A stretch of DNA of 62,860 nt, filler included, from Dicyema japonicum (GCA_011109175.1; 9 parts of 9 records of this genome joined end to end with filler, not necessarily neighbours in it); one strand, 5' to 3'; numbered from the whole stretch's first letter, positions 26,901 to 37,270 are shown. Notes: generated by a model from the letters alone, not told the origin. A program made the numbers and translations.

Positions 26901-27581
26901 TCTAACTATGGAGAGAAACACGCTAAATATATGTGATCGTGGAGATATTCGACTCAATCTGAAAAATATAAAAGCAGATTGTGAAGCTCTATCAAATAAA
27001 CGTCAGTTCCAAGGGGCACATTAATTAAATTAATTGTCGTAACCTTTTGTTTCTTTTCACTTCTTTCGGAAAAAAATTAACTATTAATAGAAATTTTATA
27101 AAAAAAAATTTTACATTAATAAATCACAACGATAATTTTGGGGCGATGAAATATTTGGTTGGGCGATGAAAGTTCAAAAGGGGCGACGAGTAAAAAAGGT
27201 TGAGAACCCCTGGTCTAAACAACATATATAATCAATACGTGGAACCTACGATCGGCTATGCGTGTGGAATCTGGGGAACAAACTTAACTGCAAACAATCA
27301 ATCAAAAATCGACAAAATTCGGTTGAAAGCGGCAAACCTGCTAAATACATTTTCCGATAAAGAGATTATCCCAAAAGCCTGGAACAACATCATAAAGTCA
27401 TCTGCAATCTATCTACGAGAGGTTCGTCCTAGGAATCCCCGTCCGTACCGAAAATGCGTTGGGACAACGTCGGAACATCGGGAAAGGGTGCGCGAACTGC
27501 TGAGGGAGGCTGGGATCACCTGAATTCTTGTTTCTTTTGGCTATGACGGTGGTTTTCTGGTTCAATAAATAAATAAAAATG
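23978..27581 (+). mobile_element. ingi/Vingi-like LINE (APE-RT), 5'-truncated, interrupted by a hAT insertion
   Basis: Open from YIPP through GDFNAKH, DLGSDH, YRPVSLL, IDIKKAFDSV, PQGSPLSP and YADD; resumes at 27221 and ends EAGIT* (27523) with an (AATA)n tail; N join at 26007 may fuse two copies. Confidence 0.9.
26183..27212 (+). mobile_element. Non-autonomous hAT (Buster/Charlie-like)
   Basis: TIRs CAGTGGTTCTCAAC / GTTGAGAACCCCTG; 8-bp TSD GTCTAAAC; GGGCGA subterminal repeats; FPSYLVERGFS remnant. Confidence 0.92.
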
Positions 27582-27589
27582 TTCGTAAG

Positions 27590-27844
27590 ACGAAGCCGTA
27601 GGTCTCCTCTCTCAGCAACGTCTAAGCGGTTTCGACTTTGGTAACGAGTTGAGATACAACGCTAAAGCTTCTCTCAACCAAGTAAGAAGTAGGAAAAGCG
27701 ATAAACAATAATCTAATATCTTAATATAATCTAATATTTATAATTAATTTTCATCGCCCCCAGTAAACGATTTAGTCATAAACGCCCCCTTAAAATTTTG
27801 TATCGCCCTCAAGGGGGCGATATTGCCCACTTGGGGAAACCCTG
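27590..27844 (-). mobile_element. hAT (Buster-like) deleted remnant
   Basis: IAFPTSYLVERSFS..RGDLRLRLT; terminus CAGGG at 27844 with GGGCGA repeats. Confidence 0.6.
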
Positions 27845-28128
27845 ATTTAAACGAAAAACAGATACTTTGTTTATTATTAGCACTACGCGATGTCATCGGT
27901 CATGACCAGCCTGTGCAGCACCCAGGACAGCTTTCTCCATTTCGTTCTATTCCGACCTGCGTCTTCGAATATCCTACAAAACTAAAACTAGGTTTAATTT
28001 TGATTCGATAAAATTTGACCATTGTGATAAAAATGTGGTTTCCGCCGTGGTCACTTTAATTATTGAAGCTATTTAAATAAAAATTATTTACGTAGTTAAA
28101 TAGCTAAAAAATCATTCCGTTAAAAAAT

Positions 28129-29036
28129 ATGGACCTCACCTATGTCTATTATTTTAACACTGTTATGGTTTCATTAACAATAATAATTTCGTTCTCTTTG
28201 GCCATTTCGTTCTTTTATTTCTACGGAAATTCTTTCGATTTTGTATTTTCATTTTTATTTTGTTTTTTTTCAATTTTTTTAATCTTCGATTTCTTAACAA
28301 ATGAACCAGACTTTGGAGGTCTTTTAAATTTGTCATTTATTAGATATTCTTGGAGTAACGACTCTTCGTTATCTCTCAGCATTGTCTACTTGGTTATGGC
28401 TTTCATCCATATTTACTCTGATATTTATTGGCAGTTACTGGATCCGTTACGTAAGAAGTCGATCTTTTATACTATTAACAACTGGAAAAATTGTGACTAC
28501 CCTCACAATGATCATCATTTCAACGTTGCTTTTGGTTTTACCACGTTTTTGGACGTTACCTAAGAGAGTATTCAATTTCTTAACATTGACAGTTTGAAAG
28601 TATTAACCAGAAATATTTATATTATGCACTTCCAATAATTGAGGTGCCATTAATGTTTTTGATACTATTGATTGTTGGAATCGTTGGAAGCGTTGTTACT
28701 ATAGTGAACAGTGGTCCGTTACAGCTTTTTATTGAGATTGAAAACAAACGAGTCAGAGAGGTAGTGACGTATAAGTCTGATCGAATCATTTTGGTCTTGA
28801 TTTGGCTGACAATTATGCTTATTCCACGAAAACTCGTTGATTTTATTTTTAACTACCAATCCGAGTTTAATATTCAAGGACAATTTGGTAAGATTTTGAA
28901 CAAAAAGGATTTCTTTCAAACGGTTTTTTATGGATTTTATTTTTTAACTAATCTGATCGTCATTTTTAGCTATAGAAAGCTTTCCAATTTTGTTTTTTTT
29001 GGAAAAATCCGCACATTTTTCGTTTCGTTGATTTAA
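28129..29036 (+). pseudogene. Divergent 7TM rhodopsin-like (peptide-receptor-like) gene with two frameshifts
   Basis: Hydrophobic segments in three successive frames; IRY..VLPRFW (TM3-4), YYALPIIEVPL (TM5), IWL..LIP (TM6); about 300 codons in total. Confidence 0.5.
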
Positions 29037-29411
29037 CACTTCTTTATTAACTATTTTATTAAGAATTTCCATTTTAATTTAAAACGACTTAATTTAAGAA
29101 CGTCAACCAGTGAAGAATATCGGTTCCATCTTTCCTTTAGATCCGAACCAGCATCCCGATCTATAAACAATAGATTCTGGAGAGCTGATTTGAAAATTCG
29201 TTATTTCCCAATAAGAATATTTACATTTTTTTACCGGCATCAGTTTCATCGACGATTAAAAAAAATTTTTCGTTAATTAACAATTCGATTGTCCAATTAA
29301 AACGTCTCTCGGCCAAAATATTGGCATTGCTTTTACATTTTGATACTGAAGATAACTAGAATTCAATAGTATTAGAAAAAATTTATAAAAACAGGATTTC
29401 GTAGTTTATAT

Positions 29412-30304
29412 CAGCGGTTCTCAACCTGGGGTCGATTCGACCCCCTGGGGTCGAAAATCAACCCAGATCGACCGTAGGGGGTCGAAAATAAATTTCATAA
29501 TTTTAATTTTTTTCATTTTTAAATTAAGTTAGTTTATTTTTAAAGTGGTAAACCTTAAGTGGTAACCTTATTCTCCGATTCCAAGATATTCTTGAATTAG
29601 AAATTAATAAATTTCATAATTTTAATTTTTTTCCTTTTTAAATTAAGTTAGTTTATTTTTAAAGTGGTAAACTTTAAGTGGTAACCTGATTCTCCGATTC
29701 CAAGATATTCTTAAATTAGAAATTCCATCTTGGATGATTAATCCTTTTTTGTCAAAGCCAGAAGAAGAAAAAGATAATATTCAAGAGGAATTAATAATGT
29801 TAAAATTCAATCCATAATTAAAACTATATTATAATGATTCACAAACGCCAGTTATTTTTTGGCAAAATATGAAAGTAAAAGAGACTTATCCAAAATTGTG
29901 GAACGAAATAGCACAATTGCTCCTCTATTTTCCGACATCATACTGTGTTGAATGTGGATTTAGCATTCTACATCGAATAGTAAATAAAGAACGAAACAGA
30001 TTGGATGTGTCCATTAGAGAAGATTTTCGTTTGAAAATAACACAAATAGAGCCAGATATCAAATCTTTGGTTAAAAAACATCAGTCACAGGGGTCCCATT
30101 GGTATTTAATTGTTTTTATTATAGATTTATACTCAGATACTAACTTAACATCGAGTTTTTTTGTTTGATTATTAACAATGAATTCATTTTAGATGATTAG
30201 TTAACTAATTTTACTTATAGTTGTCTGTTTTATATAAAAAAGTTTTAAGGGGGTCGAAAAAAAAATCAAGGGGTCGACGAGTAAAAAAAGGTTGAGAACC
30301 CCTG
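29412..30304 (+). mobile_element. Non-autonomous hAT (Buster/Charlie-like)
   Basis: TIRs CAGCGGTTCTCAAC / GTTGAGAACCCCTG; 8-bp TSD GTTTATAT; GGGGTCGA subterminal repeats; FPTSYCVECGFS remnant. Confidence 0.92.
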
Positions 30305-31032
30305 GTTTATATAATGGAGCATTTGCTCAAACAAATTGAGCGAAAAAGCACTTGTACCAACAGTAGTAGGAAAAAACGTTCAAATCCTCTATTTAGCTTC
30401 GTTCATATGTGAATTTACAGAATGTTACACAAATAACGCATATATATCGAAATTTTCTCAATGAGGCTCCGTATTTCCACATGTTTTTCGTAATTTCCGG
30501 GATTCAGTCTCCAATCTTTTTAATTGGATTCCGTGAGTAAGGTTTCTGATGATTGTAAGTCTCAATGGCCAAAGGAATAACTTCTATGCTCTTTTCAACG
30601 TACTTCTCAAGTTTGATTTTTTAGTACGTTTATAAGATGCTTCGAGTTTAAAAAAATGTCACTTCAGGTTCATGTTCCAATATGTCTATATGTATTTAGC
30701 GTATCTGACCAGTCATCTTCGCTTTTTTAATGGAAAAATAATCGCTCCATTCGTTCTTTTTAAGTCGTCAGTGAAGATTCAACATGTTCCTGATGGAAGT
30801 AAAATCACGTTGTTTTCAGATTTGTTTCAGAGCGTCTTGACAAGAAAAACACCTAGTTTCAGTTTTCATTGAAAGAGAATCGTAGACAAATTGATCCGCA
30901 ACGACATTGCGCAGTCGAAGTTGACAACCGAGACCAACTTATACTCCAATTCTGACATCTTTGTCGTTCAGTTAAGTATCAGTTCCCGTGTATGGTTACA
31001 ATCGAGCTATGCAAGAATTGCTGAATGAATGA

Positions 31033-32043
31033 ATGATTATTTATTTACAAGAAAATTACCTTGGAGTATTGGAAAACATGGATAGCAGCGTCCTGAAAAA
31101 TGATACGATGACCTCAATCTCGGATGCAGTCGAGAAGAGGATTAATAGCCTGGCAGATTCGAAACTGAATTCTGCAAATTTTTTCAAGGCTGTCAATGAG
31201 CATGCGTTGTCCTTGTATAACTACTACATCGAGCTCATTGATATCGAACCATGCGAATTTGAGAATATTGACAAGAATGTGCGCAAGGTCTTGATAGGCC
31301 ACCAAATACACATGAAACCTGGAAACAAAGATAGACTTTATCTTCCAAGAGACCGACTAGGAAGAGGATTGGTCTCTGTGGTGCATAAAAGCGAGCGAAT
31401 GCTTCTCGAATTTCTCAAGGACATTGAGATGAAGGCGTCCTATTGTTTGAGGAAAGAGGGAATCCTGAAGGCCGTCAGATCAAAGAAAACACACATGGCC
31501 ACTATCAAGGAATTCCTATGCAGAAAGTACCAATTGGCAACTCCGGAAAGCCTCAAACTGAACGTTTTGAAGGATGTGCAAGGAAAGTACTTAATTGAGC
31601 AGATACGAAGAAAGCCCCTTCACTCGATTTTGTTTAATTGCTATGATGATTTGGACGTAGATCTCAAGGAATCGTCCTGGTAGTTATCGCATGGGAACAA
31701 CTCTCCAAGGTCGGAGGGAATGCTGTGTATGGTTCAGGACCGCAACTTATTCTTTGACAGCGGAGGTAGTAGTTGCAACCATTGCAACGCCGCCAAAAAG
31801 ACGGTGGATCATCTTGCTACAAGATGTGGCAGAATGTTGAACAGCGATTACCTGCGTCGCCACAATGAGGTGGTAAGGTGCATTCACTTGCACATCTGCC
31901 GACAATATGGGATAAAACAGTCTAGGAAGTTGAAGACCCACTCCGTTCAGTCGACTGTCTCTAATGAGGTGGTCGAAATACGGGTGGACACGACGATCAA
32001 GACGGATACTAAAGTCAATAATAATAAACCGGACATTTTTGTC
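31033..32043 (+). mobile_element. R2/R4-like (RLE-type) non-LTR retrotransposon, 3' half
   Basis: RLYLPRDRLGRGL; CNHC..TVDHLATRC CCHC finger; YLRRHNEVV; KPDIFV cut by gap; one in-frame stop at 31681. Confidence 0.85.
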
Positions 32044-32093
32044 NNNNNNNNNNNNNNNNNNNNNNNNNNNNNNNNNNNNNNNNNNNNNNNNNN

Positions 32094-32218
32094 CCAAGGC
32101 CACCATTACCTCACGTGAAATACAGACTGCAGTTCGGTTGATTCTTCCTGGTGAATTGGCAAAACATGCAATTACAGAAGGTGCAAAGGCAGTTACTAAG
32201 TACACGAATACAAAATAA
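32094..32218 (+). CDS. H2B: Histone H2B, 3' part (5' in gap)
   Basis: [40 protein letters not shown]. Confidence 0.9.
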
Positions 32219-32544
32219 CACTTTAAAAATAAATTTTCTATTGATTTGCTCCTAAAATAACTATTTCACCATCTAGCTAGTAATTTAACCTATAATCTTG
32301 AAAAAATTCATCAGCAAAGGCAGTGACTAAGTACACGAATACAAAATAACACTTTAAATTAAATGTTCTATTCATTTGCTCCCAAACTAACTATTTCACA
32401 ATCTAGCTAGTAATTTAACCTATAATCTTGAAAAAATTCATCAATTAAAACAATAATTACAATTATTATTGGTGTTGATAAAATATTAAAAAAGATATTT
32501 ATTTTTTTTAATTTAATAACGGTTAGTGATTCGACTTAAAAAAA

Positions 32545-32753
32545 TTTCGGAATGATACTTTTTTTGCATTACTCGAAATTTTTTCGGAATGATACTTTTC
32601 TGGTATATTAAATTTTTTTCATCCGCTAAAGATTTTTGTTTATATACTGAAAAAGTATCATTCCGAAAAAAATTTTCAAAAAAATTTCGGAATGATACTT
32701 TTTTTGCATTACTCAAAATTTTTTTCGGAAGGGGGTTTTTTTAACTATATAAA
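32545..32753. promoter_or_regulatory. H3 upstream region: four TTTCGGAATGATACTTTT motifs, one half motif and a TATA box
   Basis: Motifs at 32545(+), 32582(+), 32651(-), 32685(+); TTTCGGAA at 32723; TATATAAA at 32746. Confidence 0.75.
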
Positions 32754-32778
32754 CATTTTCATTTCAGGAAATACAAAA

Positions 32779-33189
32779 ATGGCAAGAACTAAACAAACAG
32801 CTCGAAAATCTACTGGGGCAAAAGTACCAAGGAAACAATTGTCTGCAAAATCTGCTCGCAAGTCTGTTTCACAACTTGGAGGAGTAAAGAAACCTCATCG
32901 ATTCCGACCTGGAGTCGTTGCAATGCGAGAAATTAGACGATACCAGAAGAGCACTGATCTGTTACTTCGAAAACTTCCATTCCAAAGACTCGTGAGAGAA
33001 ACCGCTCAGTTTATCAAAACCGATTTGCGTTTTCAATCGTCAGCGATTGTCGCTCTCCAAGAAGCGGCAGAGAGTTACCTTGTTGGAATTTTTGAAGACA
33101 GTAACTTGTGTGCAATTCACGGAAAAAGAGTAACCATTATGCCAAACGATATGCATTTATCGAGAAGAATTCGAGGTGAAAAAACATAA
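32779..33189 (+). CDS. H3: Histone H3 (divergent), copy 1
   Basis: [13 protein letters not shown]..; 136 codons; the ORF track's upstream extension is not used. Confidence 0.97.
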   Translation: MARTKQTARKSTGAKVPRKQLSAKSARKSVSQLGGVKKPHRFRPGVVAMREIRRYQKSTDLLLRKLPFQRLVRETAQFIKTDLRFQSSAIVALQEAAESYLVGIFEDSNLCAIHGKRVTIMPNDMHLSRRIRGEKT

Positions 33190-33658
33190 CTTGTGCGTTT
33201 TAATAAATAAAAAAATGATTTATTGTTTGGATAACTTATTTGAGATAATTTTAATGTTTTTGCATTTGTAGAAAATGTAATGTTGAACTTTTTTTAAATA
33301 AATAGATGATGTTCGTTGTGTATTTTAGAGAAAAATGTAATTCATTTTGTTTGATATGGATTTGGTTGATAATTCATATATACAAACGAAAACCTACAAC
33401 ATTTTTTGGTTTATTTTGCCTAATAGGTAAATAAATTCTATTGGACGAAAGAAATATTTCGTCAACGGAAAGTTTTGTGCCTAAAATAAAAAAATATTTT
33501 GATATTTCATCTAAACTTACTTCTAAACGTTTATTGCGTTTGAAATTATTCGAAACTCGTTAAACGAATATCAAAACCGAACTTAACCGGTAGATCGATT
33601 GTATTTCGAGAACAATATTACAAAATAACAGTGTTTTATTCAAATATATTATTTAAAG

Positions 33659-34018
33659 TTAAGTAGTTGGTTTAGGAGTTTCTGCAGTCTTCCGAATCAT
33701 AAATCCGCCAGATGAAATAATAGCTTTCTGAGTTAATTCTTTTAATTCGTCGTCATTTCCAATTGCAACGACGATGTGACGTGGTTTAATTCTTCTTTTT
33801 CCACATTTTACTGCTGTATTTCCAGCGAGTTCAAGCATTTCAGCCACAGCATATTCCAAAACTGCGCACATGTATACTGCTGCAGGAATTCCTACTCGCA
33901 TTCGGGTTTCGTGGCGAAGACACCGGTGAATGCGTCCAACTGGAAACTGCAACCCTGCCCGGATCGATTTGCTTTTAGCCTTTGACCGTACTTTTCCTCC
34001 TTTTCCTCTTGAAGACAT
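33659..34018 (-). CDS. H2A: Histone H2A (divergent, short), copy 1
   Basis: [13 protein letters not shown] and ELAGN motifs; 119 aa. Confidence 0.96.
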   Translation of the reverse strand: MSSRGKGGKVRSKAKSKSIRAGLQFPVGRIHRCLRHETRMRVGIPAAVYMCAVLEYAVAEMLELAGNTAVKCGKRRIKPRHIVVAIGNDDELKELTQKAIISSGGFMIRKTAETPKPTT

Positions 34019-34150
34019 TATATTATCATCCGCAAACGATTTTTGTTTATATACTGAAAAAGTATCATTCCGAAAAAAATTTTCAAAAAAATTTCGGAAT
34101 GATACTTTTTTGCATAGGTTCAAAATTATGTTTTTTATCGAATTTTTGTA
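34019..34150. promoter_or_regulatory. Bidirectional H2A/H4 promoter with an inverted motif pair
   Basis: 132-bp spacer; AAAAGTATCATTCCGAAA at 34058 and TTTCGGAATGATACTTTT at 34092; minus-strand TATATAAA ahead of H2A. Confidence 0.75.
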
Positions 34151-34459
34151 ATGTCAGGACGTGGTAAAGGTGGAAAAGGAGGAAAGAGTGGTGCAAAACG
34201 ATTTCGAAAGATATTAATCGACAATATACAAGGAATTACTAAGCCAGCAATTAGAAGACTATGTCGAAGAGGAGGTGTTCGAAGAATTTCTGGCAAAATT
34301 TACGAGGAGACACGTTCTGTCCTTAAAATTTTTATTGAGCAAACTGTTCGTGATTGTATTTCTTACACCGAACATGCAAAAAGAAAAACTGTTATTGCAA
34401 TGGATGTTGTTAATGCCTTGAAACGTCAAGGTCGGACAATTTACGGATTTGGTGGATAA
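34151..34459 (+). CDS. H4: Histone H4 (divergent), copy 1
   Basis: [27 protein letters not shown]; 102 aa. Confidence 0.97.
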   Translation: MSGRGKGGKGGKSGAKRFRKILIDNIQGITKPAIRRLCRRGGVRRISGKIYEETRSVLKIFIEQTVRDCISYTEHAKRKTVIAMDVVNALKRQGRTIYGFGG

Positions 34460-34464
34460 TTCAT

Positions 34465-34865
34465 ACTTAACTTTGATAATAAAATATATTGCTATTCTTT
34501 ACAAAATTACAATAGAAAAATAGGCAATCTCATAAATTTAATAACGAAAGAGAGTCATATATTGCGTATTGTCAAAGATTCGTGTGAGAAATGTTGCATA
34601 CATAACCTTGATAATAAAATATATTGCTCTTCTTTACAAATTAACAATAGAAATATAGGCAATCTCATAAATTTAATAACGAAAGAGGATCATATATTGC
34701 GTTTTGTCAAAGATTCGGGTTAGAAATGTTGTCATACATAACTTTGATAATAAAAATATTGCTATTCTTTACAAATTAACAATAGAAAATAGGAAATCTC
34801 ATAAATTTAATAACGAAAGAGGGTCATATATTGCGTTTCGTCAAAGAATCGGGTGAGAAATGTTT
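34465..34865 (+). repeat. Three imperfect ~135-bp repeats starting at the H4 3' UTR
   Basis: AAC(T/C)TTGATAATAAA at 34469, 34604 and 34740; present in every unit. Confidence 0.85.
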
Positions 34866-35003
34866 TGGAAAAGACAAGAAGTATTTTATATATTATTGTA
34901 TATTTTTACAGAAAATTAGAGTAATATCGTTTAAAGAATTTATAAAAATTAAATTTATTCATTTTTATTAAGAAATATTTAATTTGCTTATATTTCAAAA
35001 AAA

Positions 35004-35072
35004 TTTCGGAATGATACTTTTTTTGCATTACTCAAAATTTTTTTCGGAATGATACTTTTCTGGTATATTAAA
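35004..35072 (+). promoter_or_regulatory. H2B promoter: two direct motif copies plus a TATA-like box
   Basis: Motifs at 35004 and 35042; TATATTAAA 8 nt after GATAC. Confidence 0.75.
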
Positions 35073-35104
35073 CATTTTCCTTAAAGGACTGACGAATTTT
35101 GATA

Positions 35105-35470
35105 ATGGCACCTAAAGTTAGTACAAAAGGACAAAAAAGAGCTGCTATTAAAACCAAAAATGTTTCTGTTGCAACAAAGAAAAAGAAGAAAAAGAAAACT
35201 TTTTCAATATATCTAATGAAAATTTTAAAGACGGTGCATAATCAACTTGGAATGTCAAAGAAGGCTATGATGGCTATGGACAGTTTCACATTCGATGTTT
35301 ATGACAAAATAAAAACCGAGGCTTCAAATCTGGTATATCAGAATTCCAAGGCCACCATTACCTCACGTGAAATACAGACTGCAGTTCGGTTGATTCTTCC
35401 TGGTGAATTGGCAAAACATGCAATTACAGAAGGTGCAAAGGCAGTTACTAAGTACACGAATACAAAATAA
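35105..35470 (+). CDS. H2B: Histone H2B (divergent), copy 1
   Basis: [28 protein letters not shown]; 121 aa. Confidence 0.96.
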   Translation: MAPKVSTKGQKRAAIKTKNVSVATKKKKKKKTFSIYLMKILKTVHNQLGMSKKAMMAMDSFTFDVYDKIKTEASNLVYQNSKATITSREIQTAVRLILPGELAKHAITEGAKAVTKYTNTK

Positions 35471-35695
35471 CACTTTAAAAATAAATTTTCTATTGATTTG
35501 CTCCTAAAATAACTATTTCACCATCTAGCTAGTAATTTAACCTATAATCTTGAAAAAATTCATCAGCAAAGGCAGTGACTAAGTACACGAATACAAAATA
35601 ACACTTTAAATTAAATGTTCTATTCATTTGCTCCCAAACTAACTATTTCACAATCTAGCTAGTAATTTAACCTATAATCTTGAAAAAATTCATCA
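35437..35695 (+). repeat. Tandem ~130-bp duplication of the H2B last codons and 3' UTR
   Basis: GCAAAGGCAGT(T/G)ACTAAGTACACGAATACAAAATAA..TTCATCA occurs twice; the same pair recurs after the other two H2B copies. Confidence 0.85.
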
Positions 35696-36030
35696 ATTAA
35701 AACAATAATTACAATTATTATTGGTGTTGATAAAATATTAAAAAAGATATTTATTTTTTTTAATTTAATAACGGTTAGTGATTCGACTTAAAAAAATTTC
35801 GGAATGATACTTTTTTTGCATTACTCGAAATTTTTTCGGAATGATACTTTTCTGGTATATTAAATTTTTTTCATCCGCTAAAGATTTTTGTTTATATACT
35901 GAAAAAGTATCATTCCGAAAAAAATTTTCAAAAAAATTTCGGAATGATACTTTTTTTGCATTACTCAAAATTTTTTTCGGAAGGGGGTTTTTTTAACTAT
36001 ATAAACATTTTCATTTCAGGAAATACAAAA

Positions 36031-36441
36031 ATGGCAAGAACTAAACAAACAGCTCGAAAATCTACTGGGGCAAAAGTACCAAGGAAACAATTGTCTGCAA
36101 AATCTGCTCGCAAGTCTGTTTCACAACTTGGAGGAGTAAAGAAACCTCATCGATTCCGACCTGGAGTCGTTGCAATGCGAGAAATTAGACGATACCAGAA
36201 GAGCACTGATCTGTTACTTCGAAAACTTCCATTCCAAAGACTCGTGAGAGAAACCGCTCAGTTTATCAAAACCGATTTGCGTTTTCAATCGTCAGCGATT
36301 GTCGCTCTCCAAGAAGCGGCAGAGAGTTACCTTGTTGGAATTTTTGAAGACAGTAACTTGTGTGCAATTCACGGAAAAAGAGTAACCATTATGCCAAACG
36401 ATATGCATTTATCGAGAAGAATTCGAGGTGAAAAAACATAA
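36031..36441 (+). CDS. H3: Histone H3, copy 2
   Basis: Protein identical to copy 1. Confidence 0.97.
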   Translation: MARTKQTARKSTGAKVPRKQLSAKSARKSVSQLGGVKKPHRFRPGVVAMREIRRYQKSTDLLLRKLPFQRLVRETAQFIKTDLRFQSSAIVALQEAAESYLVGIFEDSNLCAIHGKRVTIMPNDMHLSRRIRGEKT

Positions 36442-36910
36442 CTTGTGCGTTTTAATAAATAAAAAAATGATTTATTGTTTGGATAACTTATTTGAGATAA
36501 TTTTAATGTTTTTGCATTTGTAGAAAATGTAATGTTGAACTTTTTTTAAATAAATAGATGATGTTCGTTGTGTATTTTAGAGAAAAATGTAATTCATTTT
36601 GTTTGATATGGATTTGGTTGATAATTCATATATACAAACGAAAACCTACAACATTTTTTGGTTTATTTTGCCTAATAGGTAAATAAATTCTATTGGACGA
36701 AAGAAATATTTCGTCAACGGAAAGTTTTGTGCCTAAAATAAAAAAATATTTTGATATTTCATCTAAACTTACTTCTAAACGTTTATTGCGTTTGAAATTA
36801 TTCGAAACTCGTTAAACGAATATCAAAACCGAACTTAACCGGTAGATCGATTGTATTTCGAGAACAATATTACAAAATAACAGTGTTTTATTCAAATATA
36901 TTATTTAAAG

Positions 36911-37270
36911 TTAAGTAGTTGGTTTAGGAGTTTCTGCAGTCTTCCGAATCATAAATCCGCCAGATGAAATAATAGCTTTCTGAGTTAATTCTTTTAATTC
37001 GTCGTCATTTCCAATTGCAACGACGATGTGACGTGGTTTAATTCTTCTTTTTCCACATTTTACTGCTGTATTTCCAGCGAGTTCAAGCATTTCAGCCACA
37101 GCATATTCCAAAACTGCGCACATGTATACTGCTGCAGGAATTCCTACTCGCATTCGGGTTTCGTGGCGAAGACACCGGTGAATGCGTCCAACTGGAAACT
37201 GCAACCCTGCCCGGATCGATTTGCTTTTAGCCTTTGACCGTACTTTTCCTCCTTTTCCTCTTGAAGACAT
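36911..37270 (-). CDS. H2A: Histone H2A, copy 2
   Basis: Protein identical to copy 1. Confidence 0.96.
   Translation of the reverse strand: MSSRGKGGKVRSKAKSKSIRAGLQFPVGRIHRCLRHETRMRVGIPAAVYMCAVLEYAVAEMLELAGNTAVKCGKRRIKPRHIVVAIGNDDELKELTQKAIISSGGFMIRKTAETPKPTT

Noticed and set aside
31964-32218. Fusion ORF linking the retroelement to H2B
   Set aside because: Spans a 50-N gap; the frame is arbitrary
32545-32730. CRISPR-like regularly spaced repeats
   Set aside because: Eukaryotic context, mixed orientation, repeated rather than unique spacers, no cas genes; better explained as promoter motifs
32692-32778. N-terminal extensions of H3 (MILFLHYS..) and H2A (MNLCKK..)
   Set aside because: The ATGs come from the promoter motif or spacer, lie upstream of the TATA box, and the extension is missing in other copies
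33776-33985. Antisense and short ORFs overlapping histones and transposases (e.g. 33776, 37028, 40180, 24454, 25519, 7411)
   Set aside because: Shadow ORFs of real coding strands
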